Source: Callorhinchus milii | Lineage: Eukaryota | Length of the DNA: 64,000 bases | Assembly: GCF_018977255.1 (NCBI RefSeq) | Contig: NW_024704742.1 | Span: forward strand, 111,230,001 to 111,294,000 | Direction: 5' to 3' | In this document: piece by piece, positions 53,701-62,022 of the stretch | Position numbering within the stretch: position 1 is the stretch's first letter | Layout of the letters: each line of letters opens with the position of its first letter | Position numbers and translations under genes: made by a program | Notes under the pieces: model-generated | What the model saw: the letters and a program-made list of their open reading frames with translations, nothing else | Told to the model about the DNA's origin: nothing | The model's database searches: none

Positions 53701-56700
53701 TTACCTGTAGCTGTAGATAAAAAGCAAAAGTTTCATCTGCTTCCGGAAGCTCATCGTCCCTGACCGCTATGTATACAGTCTTATTAGATTCTGTAGTAAG
53801 GATTCGGGCTGCAGCAGAAGTGGCTTCAAAGTCACCTGTATCATCCCCTCGAAGCTGAAAGCAGTTGGAATAAACGTAAGTCCACATATATCTGCATTTA
53901 AGATTTCAAGTTAACCATCAGGCTTTTTATTCTTATGTTATGATCAATTGACTTACTCAAAATGTTAACCTATCTTACTCCTTCAGGCACTGATTGACAG
54001 CATTTTCTCTTTCTATTTCTCTTTCCTAGTTTTTTGTAAAAAAGTTAATCTACATTTTCTTGATCTTCATTTAAATATGAACAACTATTATCCAAATTTT
54101 GTTGGACATAAATATTATTAAATAAGTACATCAGATAGAGCTGTGTTGCCTTTGCAGAACCACTAAATTCCATTAGTTCAATGCAATCTTTACTATTAGT
54201 TGTGTTTCTCTTGTTAGATTCTGTCGTCAGGATTCGGGCTACAGGAGAGATGTGGCTTCAAAGTCACCTGTACAATCCCCTTGAAGCTGATAGCTGCTTG
54301 GGTATTCCACTCAGCTTTTTCCACTGTTCCTGCCACAAATGGCCAAGAGAGAATGGAGGGCAGTTGATCCAAGAATATTGCTAATTCACTCTTGAACCAG
54401 TACACAGTCTATAAAAACCTGCCCTTCAGCTTTCCTTCTCTTCTGCAGGAGTTGCTCTGAGGCAACGACAGCAGAGATTGTATGCAAAAATACAGTGTAA
54501 AACATTGTGTGAACACCAATCCACAACATCACCAAGCTGGCTCTAGGAACAGAATACAGCAGAAAATTCACAACCATACTTGTTATTGTGAATGATAGTG
54601 TAATAATAATACTTGCAATTGATATAGCCCCTTATCACATCTTCACGAGACTCAAAGCGCTTCACGGAATATACTGTAAAGTGAATTGACTGTGTATATT
54701 GTGGGTGAAACGTGGCAGTCAATTGCGCACATCATTATTGATCCCACAACAGTCATGGATTGAGTGATCAAATTATTATTTAATTTTTTTTGAAGGGATT
54801 ATTATCCCCGGAAAAGTGTTCTGCCAATCAACTAACAACCGGGTTCCTACATACTGCTAGGTAAACAGAGGTGTGTGGAATAAGGAAACTTGTCTAACCT
54901 TTCGCCCTGCCTGGGAATCTTGCTTGCGAGGCGAGTGCTTTAACTACTATGCTACAGGACGTCACAATGCACTCTGACTGCTAAAAGTAACTATTTCAGC
55001 AAAGCTGGATAACAGAAAACCCCACTATTAATATTTAACAATAATGATTACTATTTTTAGCTATCAGAGTAATTTAGACCCCCAATAACAATGGATACCT
55101 CTGAGTAAATTTAGGCAGTGGGCCAAATTTCAACTTCTACTTCACACGAATTGGATTACTGTTTCGTAATTCACTGAAAGGTGTTAGTTCTCCTCCCGTG
55201 AACCATGTAGAGAGTTCCCCATATTTCCGTTTCCTCCTTATAAGTGCTTTTTTTTTAAATGAATGCAATGAAGAGGGTCCATGTTATGTAATACGCACTA
55301 TAAACCAGCCATATGATCATGTACAGTAACAACATGGTCCAATAGATTTAGCAGCAAATTAGCAATTTTAAGCAAGGTTCAATGGCACTAAATAATTTAG
55401 CAGCACTTGATAAATTTGCTCTTACACAATTAATTGTATGATCATTCAATGTTTTCTTGAATTTGTGCCAGAAGAATTTAAAATGGCAAAGTCATTCTAC
55501 ACTAACTTGAAAATAAACTTTTTCAGTTATTAATTTGTACAATTTATCACATGAAAGATTTGCCTTATTTAGTGATAACATTTAACACATTTTAAATTGC
55601 AAAGTATGGGGGTTATCAGAAATAAACATGCATTTATGTGTGTATATATATTTGAAAAATAGTATACATAAGTATCCTCCTTGGTGCAGCTGTGAAGCAG
55701 TAAAGGCCATCCCTCCATCAAAAATAACCTTAAGAAAGTTTTCAGCAATTTTTGATAGATTTTGCTCAGCTGGATATGTTTTTATTCTAAGTGACCTTTT
55801 CGTGTGTTAACAATAAGTAAACTGACATTGACCCCAGCTTTGGCAATACATTATGTGATGTTCAAACAAGCACAGTTTGTGGCAGGTCAATAGGACAAAG
55901 AAAAGTTTCCAGTGCAATTTCTGTCAAATATAATTTTAAGAAAGAACCTTTCCATTGTAATTTTCAGGCACTCATGATTTTTATAAAACTACAATTTAAC
56001 AAAACATAAGGTGCCACTCATGCCATCAGTTATACCCCCTCTGTATAAAAACAAAGTCAAATTTCTTAAGAGATCATCCGACACAGTGACACTGCCGTAC
56101 AAATCTGAACTCATTCCTTTGTCTAAATAATAAAACGGTAAATAATAAATAATAAATAGAATTGGCTTCCACACTCCAGGTTGGGGCAAGGAAAATCAGC
56201 CAGTTTCTGTTCCTGATCAATATCCAGTGATCTGCTGACTTTATGTGTAAGTTTGTGTGTGTGTATGTGTGCGTGTATGTAAGAGAAAATTGAGTGAGAG
56301 CAAGAGCCCTTCACCCTCTGGGACCCTAGCCTGCGTGAAGGGCAATATATAAATGCAAGTTGTTGTTGTTGATGATTTGCACCAATGCCTCCCACAATCA
56401 AATAGCTAAACTTCTTGTCAAGGCTCATACATGAATAAAAATAAAAGTCCCTGCACTTGATACATCATCAAGACATCTCAAAATGCTTCATAAGATTGAG
56501 TTATATATCTCGTAGCACTGAACAACAAGATTCCATTTATAGAGCACCTTTCACGTCGGGAGGACGTCCCAAGGCGCTGTACAGTTGGGTCAGGACCCGA
56601 GCAGGGGGGAAATGGTCAGGGTGAGGGGAGGGAAGGGAGGGAGCGAGGAGGGGGTAGAGAGTCGAGAGGGGAGTTGAAGGCACGGTCAAAGAGAAAGGGC

Positions 56701-59059
56701 TTGAGACCGGCCTTGAAGGAGGAAAGGGAGGCGGCGACGAAAGCACTGGGGGATAGAGTTCCAGAGCCTCGGGGCTGAGAGGCTGAAGGCCCGGCCACCG
56801 ATGGTAGGGCGGTTGGGGCGGGGGATGTGGAGCAGACCGGAGCCAGAGGAACGGAGGGTACGGGCAGGTAGGTAGGGGGATAGTAGGTCGGAGAGGTAGG
56901 AGGGAGCAAGGCCGTGAATGGCCTTGTAGGCGAGGATGAGGATCTTGAATTCGATCCTCTGGGGGATGGGGAGCCAGTGGAGGCGAGCGAGGGTGGGAGT
57001 GATGTGGTCGCGAAGCCTGGAGCGGGACAGCACACGAGCTGCAGAGTTCTGAATGACCTGCAGCTTGTGGAGGGAGGTGCCGGGAAGGCCGACGATGAGA
57101 GAATACCCATAGTCCAGCCTTGAGGTGATAAAAGGTGTGGACCAGAGTTTCAGCAGCGTGAGGGGTGAGGTAGTGCCGTAGTCTGGCGATGTTTTGGAGG
57201 TGATGGAAGGCGGTGCCAGTTGTGGCGCAGATATGAGGAAGAAAGGACAGCTCAGGGTCGAACAGAATGCCGAGGTTCCTGACTGGCTTCGAGAGGTGGA
57301 GAGTGCAGCCTTGGATGCTGATGCTGTCAGCGCATAGGAGCAGTGGTCTGTGTGTAACTCCCCTACCAAATCTATTAGTGGGAGTCTACGCATGTCCCAG
57401 AGAGAGTGTCAAGAAAATAAAGGATTCATATAATCAGAAAAGAAAGGGAAAGGGTCTATGAACATCAGTTAGTTCAATTGGCCTATTCAGTGATGAGATT
57501 GACAGTACTTACTGTGGAAGCAGTATAGTGAGTGCCTAAAGACTTTTGCATAGATGGCCTCCCCACTGTTACACATAAGCTTTCTAATTTATCCTAACTC
57601 ATTCCCCTTCACTGGGTTCATTTATAAACACCAAAAATGGAATGTGTAGAATTTTAGTTAATTTGCTCTGGTGACTGACTACAAGTTGTAATTCATAATA
57701 GGAAACCTTAAGCAAGCTTCCTTATCACGTACGCCAGTTTACCTAGCAATACATAGGAGTTAGTTATTTAGCAGATCACTTTCCTCCCCAATGTTTTAAA
57801 AAATTCTGGATCACTCAATCCACGACTGTTTGTGGGACATTGTTGTGCACAACCGGCTGAAAATATACAATCAATCCATTTTACAAAATATTCTGTGAAG
57901 CGCTTTGAGACATCTCAACGACGTGATAAGGGTATGGCTTCAAATGCAAGGATTATTATTATAATAATAACTCAGGTTGTGATAACAGCCCAGGGACTAA
58001 CTATGTCCAAATGCATGTGTGCACTAAATTATGTAATTAATTCCACAGGCTGCTGATCATCCAGAACTCTGCAGCCCGTGTCCTTGAAAGCCCTCCACGG
58101 TCTTGCTCCCCCCTACCTCTGCGACCTCCTAATCTCTACCATCCTGTTCGCTCCCTTCGCTCAGTGGGCTCTGGCTTGCTTCATGTCCCCCGCCTCGCTC
58201 GCCCCACTATTGGCAGGTGGGTCTTCTGCCACTCTGCACCTACCCTCTGGAACTCCATCCTGCAGTCCCTCCACCTCGCCCCCTCCCTCGCCACCTTCAA
58301 GAACCATCTCAAGACCCTCCTCTTTGACAGTGCGTTCGATCTCCCCGCTTCCCCCCCGCCCTCCACCCTCCCCCTCCACGACCCCCAGTTCGGGTCCATA
58401 ACTCTGTCTGTCCAGCGCCTTGGGACGTCCTCCCGATCTGAAAGGCACTTTACAAATGTAACTTTGTTGTTATTGTTGTTAACTGTGAAGATGATTCCAA
58501 AGTCCCTGTATTCGACAACAACAACTTGCATTAATATAGCACACTTCATACAGGAAAGAGTCTCGGAGCACTTCTTTTTCATTATTGTCCATTTTCATAA
58601 TTTGCATTTGAAAATTGTTAATCCATAAGCAATCATCTCAACCTGTATTTTAGATTGAAGATTGTTGATTACATCTTCAAAATAGTTTCTTTTTTAAAAA
58701 ATAACATAAAAAATTGATCACAGTTCACAAATATCTGCCAGCCCTCAAATTTTAATTCAGGTGTACACAATGCAGCACAGCTACCCTGACCACAATTCCT
58801 ACTGTGTAGACTGAAACCACTTTAAGATTGTGGAAATGTTATAGGATTATTTGTACAGCATATCTTTGCCTTACCAGTAAGAGTGCAGTGATGTTGGCTG
58901 GGTTTCCTGTTCTTTCAATAACCAGACGTATAACTGAGGTGCTCGTTTCATTCACAACAAACTCAGTTTGACCTGCAAACTTCACTTCTGTATTCCCAAA
59001 TGCGAGGGTGGCACAAAGACCCAAAACAAGCTCAGCCACCAGGAAAACAGCAGGCATTC
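1790..59059 (-). CDS. ADGRV1: ADGRV1 (VLGR1/GPR98) adhesion GPCR, N-terminal ectodomain portion, 34 exons; partial, continues beyond position 1
   Basis: Exon translations give tandem Calx-beta repeats (DDxxPExxExF, xNDDPxGxF motifs) plus a LamG/PTX domain, in the order I recall for vertebrate ADGRV1. All introns are GT-AG and phases chain, except exon 33. Confidence 0.97.
2415..2748 (+). mobile_element. tRNA-derived SINE, short subfamily, full length
   Basis: A box TAGCTCAGTGG, B-box-like GAGTTCAATTCC, L2-like tail GGGACGTCCTCCCGACGTGAAAAGCGCTATATCAAATGCAAG followed by (TTA)n. Confidence 0.92.
3474..3683 (-). CDS. ADGRV1: ADGRV1 exon 34
   Basis: [21 protein letters not shown]...[11 protein letters not shown]...VIGRE; 210 nt. 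Confidence 0.96.
4648..5458 (-). CDS. ADGRV1: ADGRV1 exon 33 (apparent 1-nt deletion near 4693-4696)
   Basis: [21 protein letters not shown]...[11 protein letters not shown] / frame change / [14 protein letters not shown]|gtgcgt; 811 nt, one short of what the phase chain requires. Confidence 0.93.
5550..5731. mobile_element. Fold-back (inverted-repeat) interspersed element with 11-bp target-site duplication
   Basis: 63-bp inverted arms at 5589-5651 and 5668-5730; direct repeat AAAGTTAACAA at 5539-5549 and 5732-5742. Confidence 0.8.
6491..6672 (-). CDS. ADGRV1: ADGRV1 exon 32
   Basis: [16 protein letters not shown]...[11 protein letters not shown]...ISLRR; 182 nt. Confidence 0.95.
7162..7406 (-). 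CDS. ADGRV1: ADGRV1 exon 31
   Basis: [14 protein letters not shown]...[10 protein letters not shown]|gtaagg; 245 nt. Confidence 0.96.
8515..8970 (-). mobile_element. CR1 LINE 3' fragment
   Basis: Translation [29 protein letters not shown] is the CR1 ORF2 C-terminal signature; ends in CR1-type tail GGCCTACTCTTGTTCCTATGTTCC. Confidence 0.9.
9411..9626 (-). CDS. ADGRV1: ADGRV1 exon 30
   Basis: [25 protein letters not shown]...ASDDPYGSF; 216 nt. Confidence 0.96.
10802..11017 (-). CDS. ADGRV1: ADGRV1 exon 29
   Basis: [31 protein letters not shown]...MTARV; 216 nt. Confidence 0.95.
11859..12465 (-). CDS. ADGRV1: ADGRV1 exon 28
   Basis: [15 protein letters not shown]...[11 protein letters not shown]...[14 protein letters not shown]; |gtgagt; 607 nt. 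Confidence 0.96.
12688..12827 (-). CDS. ADGRV1: ADGRV1 exon 27
   Basis: [47 protein letters not shown]; 140 nt. Confidence 0.95.
14287..14382 (-). CDS. ADGRV1: ADGRV1 exon 26 (small phase 1-1 exon; acceptor may be at 14382, 14364 or 14346)
   Basis: [32 protein letters not shown]|gtaaga, resembling the human segment I recall as AELFRVDGSGSGDGDMEFFLPTIHKR. Confidence 0.85.
14397..14450. repeat. Interrupted (CA)n microsatellite; (UG)n on the ADGRV1 transcript
   Basis: Visible CA runs immediately upstream of the exon 26 acceptor. Confidence 0.9.
15255..15384 (-). CDS. ADGRV1: ADGRV1 exon 25
   Basis: [43 protein letters not shown]; 130 nt. Confidence 0.95.
15929..16128 (-). CDS. ADGRV1: ADGRV1 exon 24
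   Basis: [12 protein letters not shown]...[13 protein letters not shown]...SSDYQ; 200 nt. Confidence 0.95.
16195..16477. mobile_element. Decayed L2 3' end (minus) joined to a SINE tail (plus)
   Basis: L2 tail ACAACAAGTTTACATTTATATGGCACCTTTCACATCAGGAGG; SINE tail GCGCTATATCAAATGCAAGGATTATTATT. Confidence 0.7.
16531..16711 (-). CDS. ADGRV1: ADGRV1 exon 23
   Basis: Hand translation [60 protein letters not shown]; 181 nt. Confidence 0.95.
17206..17376 (-). CDS. ADGRV1: ADGRV1 exon 22
   Basis: [24 protein letters not shown]...[12 protein letters not shown]; 171 nt. Confidence 0.94.
17916..18289 (-). CDS. ADGRV1: ADGRV1 exon 21
   Basis: [27 protein letters not shown]...[12 protein letters not shown]...[14 protein letters not shown]; 374 nt. 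Confidence 0.96.
19069..19812 (-). CDS. ADGRV1: ADGRV1 exon 20 (includes most of the LamG/pentraxin domain)
   Basis: [13 protein letters not shown]...[11 protein letters not shown]...[19 protein letters not shown]; 744 nt. Confidence 0.97.
20317..20534 (-). CDS. ADGRV1: ADGRV1 exon 19
   Basis: [15 protein letters not shown]...[19 protein letters not shown]; 218 nt. Confidence 0.95.
20605..20962 (+). mobile_element. tRNA-derived SINE, long subfamily
   Basis: Same head and tail as the 2415 copy, plus middle segment TGTTTACCTAACAGTAAGTAGGAACCCGGTTGTTAGTCG. Confidence 0.9.
21325..21639 (-). mobile_element. tRNA-derived SINE, short subfamily, full length
   Basis: Reverse complement closely matches 2415-2748. 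Confidence 0.92.
21918..22044 (-). CDS. ADGRV1: ADGRV1 exon 18
   Basis: [42 protein letters not shown]; |gtaagt; 127 nt. Confidence 0.95.
22360..22626 (-). CDS. ADGRV1: ADGRV1 exon 17
   Basis: [21 protein letters not shown]...[20 protein letters not shown]; 267 nt. Confidence 0.95.
24503..24626 (-). CDS. ADGRV1: ADGRV1 exon 16
   Basis: [22 protein letters not shown]...[10 protein letters not shown]; 124 nt. Confidence 0.94.
25005..25449 (+). mobile_element. tRNA-derived SINE with duplicated body (chimeric)
   Basis: Long-type 5' part, then two diverged copies of the ~95-bp CAATCCACGACTGTTTGTGG... segment. Confidence 0.88.
25679..25842 (-). CDS. ADGRV1: ADGRV1 exon 15
   Basis: Hand translation [55 protein letters not shown]|gtaagt; 164 nt. 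Confidence 0.95.
27000..27180 (-). CDS. ADGRV1: ADGRV1 exon 14
   Basis: [13 protein letters not shown]...[11 protein letters not shown]...ESKGDAVYT; 181 nt. Confidence 0.95.
28533..28718 (-). CDS. ADGRV1: ADGRV1 exon 13
   Basis: [14 protein letters not shown]...[31 protein letters not shown]; 186 nt. Confidence 0.95.
28961..29297 (-). mobile_element. tRNA-derived SINE, long subfamily
   Basis: Reverse complement of the SINE head, middle segment and tail. Confidence 0.87.
30056..30182 (-). CDS. ADGRV1: ADGRV1 exon 12
   Basis: [42 protein letters not shown]; 127 nt. Confidence 0.95.
32707..32930 (-). CDS. ADGRV1: ADGRV1 exon 11
   Basis: [12 protein letters not shown]...[17 protein letters not shown]; 224 nt. 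Confidence 0.95.
34264..34440 (-). CDS. ADGRV1: ADGRV1 exon 10
   Basis: [21 protein letters not shown]...ANGEIGF...SDNQ; 177 nt. Confidence 0.95.
35140..35360 (-). mobile_element. Old Deu-domain SINE fragment
   Basis: Reverse complement contains GGAGGTGCCGTTTTTCAGATGAGAAGTTAAACCAAGGTCCC, similar to 41600-41860. Confidence 0.7.
38135..38243. mobile_element. Tc1/mariner-type MITE
   Basis: 26-bp TIRs (CAAGGTGACCAAAAAGTCGTGATATC vs reverse complement CAGGGTGACCAAAAAGTTGTAATACC) flanked by TA on both sides. Confidence 0.8.
39143..39388 (+). mobile_element. 5'-truncated short-subfamily SINE inserted in an L2 tail
   Basis: Matches the 2415 copy from GCGAAACC to (TTA)n. Confidence 0.88.
39387..39991 (-). 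mobile_element. L2 LINE 3' fragment; its extreme tail lies at 39120-39145
   Basis: Translation includes [14 protein letters not shown]; 3' UTR homologous to 56521-57345. Confidence 0.88.
40512..40841 (-). CDS. ADGRV1: ADGRV1 exon 9
   Basis: [17 protein letters not shown]...[16 protein letters not shown]; 330 nt. Confidence 0.96.
41030..41370 (-). mobile_element. CR1 LINE ORF2 fragment, decayed
   Basis: Minus strand encodes [20 protein letters not shown], a CR1 ORF2 motif. Confidence 0.8.
41605..41860 (+). mobile_element. Old tRNA-headed Deu-domain SINE (SacSINE1/AmnSINE-like)
   Basis: tRNA-like head, then GGAGGTGCCATCCTTTGGTTGAGACATTAAACTGAGATCCC...TAAAGATCCCAT, resembling the Deu domain as I recall it. 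Confidence 0.72.
41948..42218 (-). CDS. ADGRV1: ADGRV1 exon 8
   Basis: [22 protein letters not shown]...[13 protein letters not shown]...EPTQ; 271 nt. Confidence 0.95.
42699..42937 (-). mobile_element. Short-subfamily SINE with internal deletion of the B-box region
   Basis: Head fused to body at GAGT (42907-42910). Confidence 0.87.
43237..43802 (-). CDS. ADGRV1: ADGRV1 exon 7
   Basis: [22 protein letters not shown]...[11 protein letters not shown]...NDKPNGVL; 566 nt. Confidence 0.96.
45245..45355 (-). CDS. ADGRV1: ADGRV1 exon 6
   Basis: [37 protein letters not shown]|gtgag; 111 nt. Confidence 0.92.
46274..46616 (-). mobile_element. tRNA-derived SINE, long subfamily, diverged
   Basis: Reverse-complement similarity to 20605-20962. 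Confidence 0.82.
46690..46836 (+). mobile_element. CR1 LINE 3' tail
   Basis: GATGGGCTGAATGGCCTCGGTCTGTGTTGTATAATTCTACGATTCTA is a CR1-type terminus. Confidence 0.75.
47273..47377 (-). CDS. ADGRV1: ADGRV1 exon 5
   Basis: [39 protein letters not shown] flanks; 105 nt. Confidence 0.95.
48042..48137 (-). CDS. ADGRV1: ADGRV1 exon 4
   Basis: Hand translation [32 protein letters not shown]; ttccag| ... |gtgagc; 96 nt. Confidence 0.95.
48194..48347. repeat. Nested inverted repeat, possibly an old MITE
   Basis: Inner 23-bp arms at 48235-48257 and 48263-48285 (1 mismatch); looser outer arms. Confidence 0.7.
52617..53030 (-). mobile_element. L2 LINE 3' fragment
   Basis: [25 protein letters not shown]...LWN-like...[10 protein letters not shown]; (TTG)n tail. 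Confidence 0.9.
53705..53854 (-). CDS. ADGRV1: ADGRV1 exon 3
   Basis: tttcag|[12 protein letters not shown]...[20 protein letters not shown]|gtaat; 150 nt. Confidence 0.95.
54209..54301 (-). pseudogene. Decayed partial duplicate of ADGRV1 exon 3 (pseudo-exon)
   Basis: Aligns by eye to 53779-53868; retains the AG acceptor; [15 protein letters not shown] versus [15 protein letters not shown]. Confidence 0.85.
54601..54962 (-). mobile_element. tRNA-derived SINE, long subfamily
   Basis: Reverse-complement similarity to 20605-20962. Confidence 0.87.
56521..57345 (-). mobile_element. L2 LINE 3' fragment (ORF2 C-terminus and 3' UTR), relatively young
   Basis: FITSRLDY...[12 protein letters not shown]...[23 protein letters not shown]...APRLWNSIP is the L2 ORF2 signature; tail GGGACGTCCTCCCGACGTGAAAGG. 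Confidence 0.93.
57701..57970 (+). mobile_element. 5'-truncated, diverged long-subfamily SINE
   Basis: Body and tail similar to the 20605 copy. Confidence 0.75.
58052..58481 (+). mobile_element. L2 LINE 3' fragment
   Basis: [15 protein letters not shown]...APTLWNSI...[10 protein letters not shown]; tail followed by (TTG)n. Confidence 0.9.
58875..59059 (-). CDS. ADGRV1: ADGRV1 exon 2 (signal peptide and start of Calx-beta 1; ATG at 59057-59055)
   Basis: tttctag|GA ATG CCT...; [51 protein letters not shown]; donor CTG|gtaagg; 185 nt. Confidence 0.93.
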
Positions 59060-59779
59060 CTAGAAAAGACAAATTAGAAAAAGATTATGAGACTGAAGAA
59101 ACCTTTGGTTCAATGTTGAAGCCAAAAAAATTTACACAAGCAAAATACTGTGTAAAGTGATGTTTTCATGTTCATCACATTGAATCACTGTTGGAAAAAT
59201 ATCTAACCAAATTGTTTCATGAATATTCAGATAAAAATGAATACTTACAATAGTCACAATAATAAAAATCACATTTCAAATCCTTTGTTTTAAAAAAAGA
59301 ACATATGGCTGAATATTGGAGCTGAGTCCTTTTAACATAGAGCCTACTTTGCAACTCATTGCTTTGAATCTTTTCAGACCATGAATAGAAGTGGAAATGA
59401 AAAGTATTAGAATCAGTGCCGATGCACAGAGTACACCATAATTATGTCTCAGACCTAATGTGCATGTATACTCAGTGCGCAGAAGAAAAAAATAAGATAT
59501 TTTTTCACAGAAGATTGTTAGAATATGGAATGAAATTGCAAACAGTTGAAGCTAAGCTGACTGAAACTTGAGCAGAAAAGTCCATTGGCAGAATTCGCAC
59601 CAACTCAGAGACAATGGGCCAAATATTCATTTTAGCGTTTGGTGTACTAACTGTAATGTCCAAACATCTCAAATCACTTCACAGGAAATTGCAGTGTATT
59701 TCGTTGGCAAACTCAGCAGCCAACTTGCACCATCAGGCAGTAAGTATCAAACAGTGGTCACAAGATCATTATCATCCAT

Positions 59780-59960
59780 TTCAATGGGCAGATGGAGCCT
59801 CAGTGTAACATCTCATCCAAAAGACAACACCTCCAACAATGCCACTCCCTCAATATTGGACACATGCATCAGCCTGGGATTTTTGCTCAAGTCCTAGCAT
59901 AGGTGTAAACCCACAATCTGTAGCTCAGAGGTAAATGCTTCCAACTGAACCAGGCTGGAC
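59780..59960 (-). mobile_element. Old Deu-domain SINE fragment
   Basis: Reverse-complement similarity to 41605-41860. Confidence 0.6.
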
Positions 59961-60387
59961 CTGTTGTAAGATATCCATCATTCAACAATATCTATCATTC
60001 TTCTATAAAACAAATTGTAGAACCATAATCATATCATCCAGCCTCAAGCACTATTTCAACAACAACAAAATTACATTTGTATAGCACCTTTCACGTCAGG
60101 AGGATGTCCCAAGGTGTTTCACCCCCTTTATTTATTTATTGTCTGAATTTCAGACAGAAATTAAGCCATTAGTTTACACCAAGTATTTCGTGGGGAAAAG
60201 GCAGTTGATTTATTTCAGAATACTGATGGGGCAGGAACGAAGAACCAAAATAAGTTACATAGTTTCTTGCTACTTATGGTTAGCAGGCACATACTTCAAG
60301 ATAATTCTGGGTGCAGTATTTGTACTGACAGAAAAATTAAGAATTGCCTTTTAAAACACTGCACTCTGAGTATCTTTGTTACCTTCG

Positions 60388-60767
60388 TAATAATAATAAT
60401 CCTTACATTTGATACAGAGCCTTATCATGTCATCAAAACATCTCAAAGTGCTTCACAGAATATACTGTGAAGTGAATTGACTGTATATTTTGTGCGTGAA
60501 ACACGGCAGCCAATTGCGCACAGCAGTGTCCCTCAAACCGTTGTAAATTGAGTGATCAAATTATTATTTTTATTTATTTAGTATTTTGAAGAGATTTTTA
60601 TTCCCAGAAAAGCGATCCACCAATCAACTAACAACCGGGTTCCTACTTAGTGCTAGGTAAACAGAAGCGTGTGGAGTAAGGCAACTTGCCCAACGTTTCA
60701 CTCTGCCCGGGAATCGAACCCAGGATCTCTCGCTTGCGAAGCGAGTGCTCTAACCACTGAGCTACAG
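60388..60767 (-). mobile_element. tRNA-derived SINE, long subfamily, near full length
   Basis: A box TAGCTCAGTGG and B box GGTTCGATTCC on the minus strand; middle segment; tail. Confidence 0.9.
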
Positions 60768-61479
60768 AATGGAAAATTAAACAGTTAAAACAGGAAGGAC
60801 AGATCACAGTAACATAAAAATGACACTGTATTTAGCCAACTCATCCCATCATGCATGCACACATTCACACACACACCACCCTATATTCGCTGAAACATTG
60901 TATTGGAATTTTGTCATCTACCTTCATCGATGTAGTCACTCTCCTCAATAGTGCAGCAACTAAAAATGTAATTTCAGAATCAAATGCTTGATCATAGCTA
61001 TAGCTATACTGACTTATGAATTTTACCTTAAACTGTAAGCTGCTGTTTCTCTCTCCTCGCTCCAAAAAACTGCAACAGAGAAACTGATATAGCAACACAC
61101 GATCCTTAGTAGTCATCTCATGAAAGGTTAGCCCCAGTGGCATGCTGCTGCCAAAACAGAGGTCAGTTTAAAGTCTTTATGTTACTCATTTGGAAACAGA
61201 GATGGTGTTTCATAATAGTATCGTCAATTAATAATCAGTTGGTATTTCTAGGCAACCCAAAGGCAATTAAAATCCCACAACTCACCTTCCTAAGTACGAT
61301 CTTGTAAGCACCTTGAATTGTTCCAAGTAACAATGCAATTTGCATTAATCCTTTCAAACACTACATTTAGGTCTGAACAAGTGTACCCTGCAGCTTGTAG
61401 CGCTGCCTTTATTTTATATGAACAATACCAATTTACAACCATTCTGAATGAAGTATGATACTGTTGTATGTTAAGAGTA

Positions 61480-62022
61480 ACCTTGTTGGCCTCCCCAACT
61501 CTGCCCTCCACAAGCTGCAGATCATCCAGAACGCTACAGCTCGTGTCCTCTCCTGCCAGGCTCCATGACCCCATCACCCTCACTCTCGCCCGGCTCCACT
61601 GGCTCCCCATCCCTCAGAGGATAGAATTCAAAATCATCATCATCACTTTCAAGGCCCTCCACGGCCTTGCCCCCTCCTACATCTCTGACCTACTGAGCCC
61701 CTATCAACCCGTCCAATCCTTCCGTTGCTCCATGTCTCCCCCATGACCCACCCTATCAGCGACTGGGCTTTCAGCATCTCTGCTCCCACCTTCTTTAACT
61801 CCATCCCAATCCTTTTGCCTTGATCCCTCCCTTGCCTGCTTCAAGGCTCGAGTCAAGATCCTGCTTTTCGACCATGTCTTCAACCGGCCTCCTACCTCTC
61901 TGACCTCCCTCACCCCAACCCTGCCAGCCCCCCATGCTTGGGTCTCGATTCCCGACTGTACAGCGACTTGGGACCCAACATGAAAGACGCTTTACAAATG
62001 TAATTTTGTTGTTGATGTTGTT
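61480..62022 (+). mobile_element. L2 LINE 3' fragment
   Basis: [18 protein letters not shown]...[16 protein letters not shown]; (TTG)-type tail. Confidence 0.9.

Noticed and set aside
1790..59059. Calling ADGRV1 a pseudogene
   Set aside because: Only one lesion in about 8.26 kb of coding sequence, with all splice sites canonical; insufficient without read evidence.
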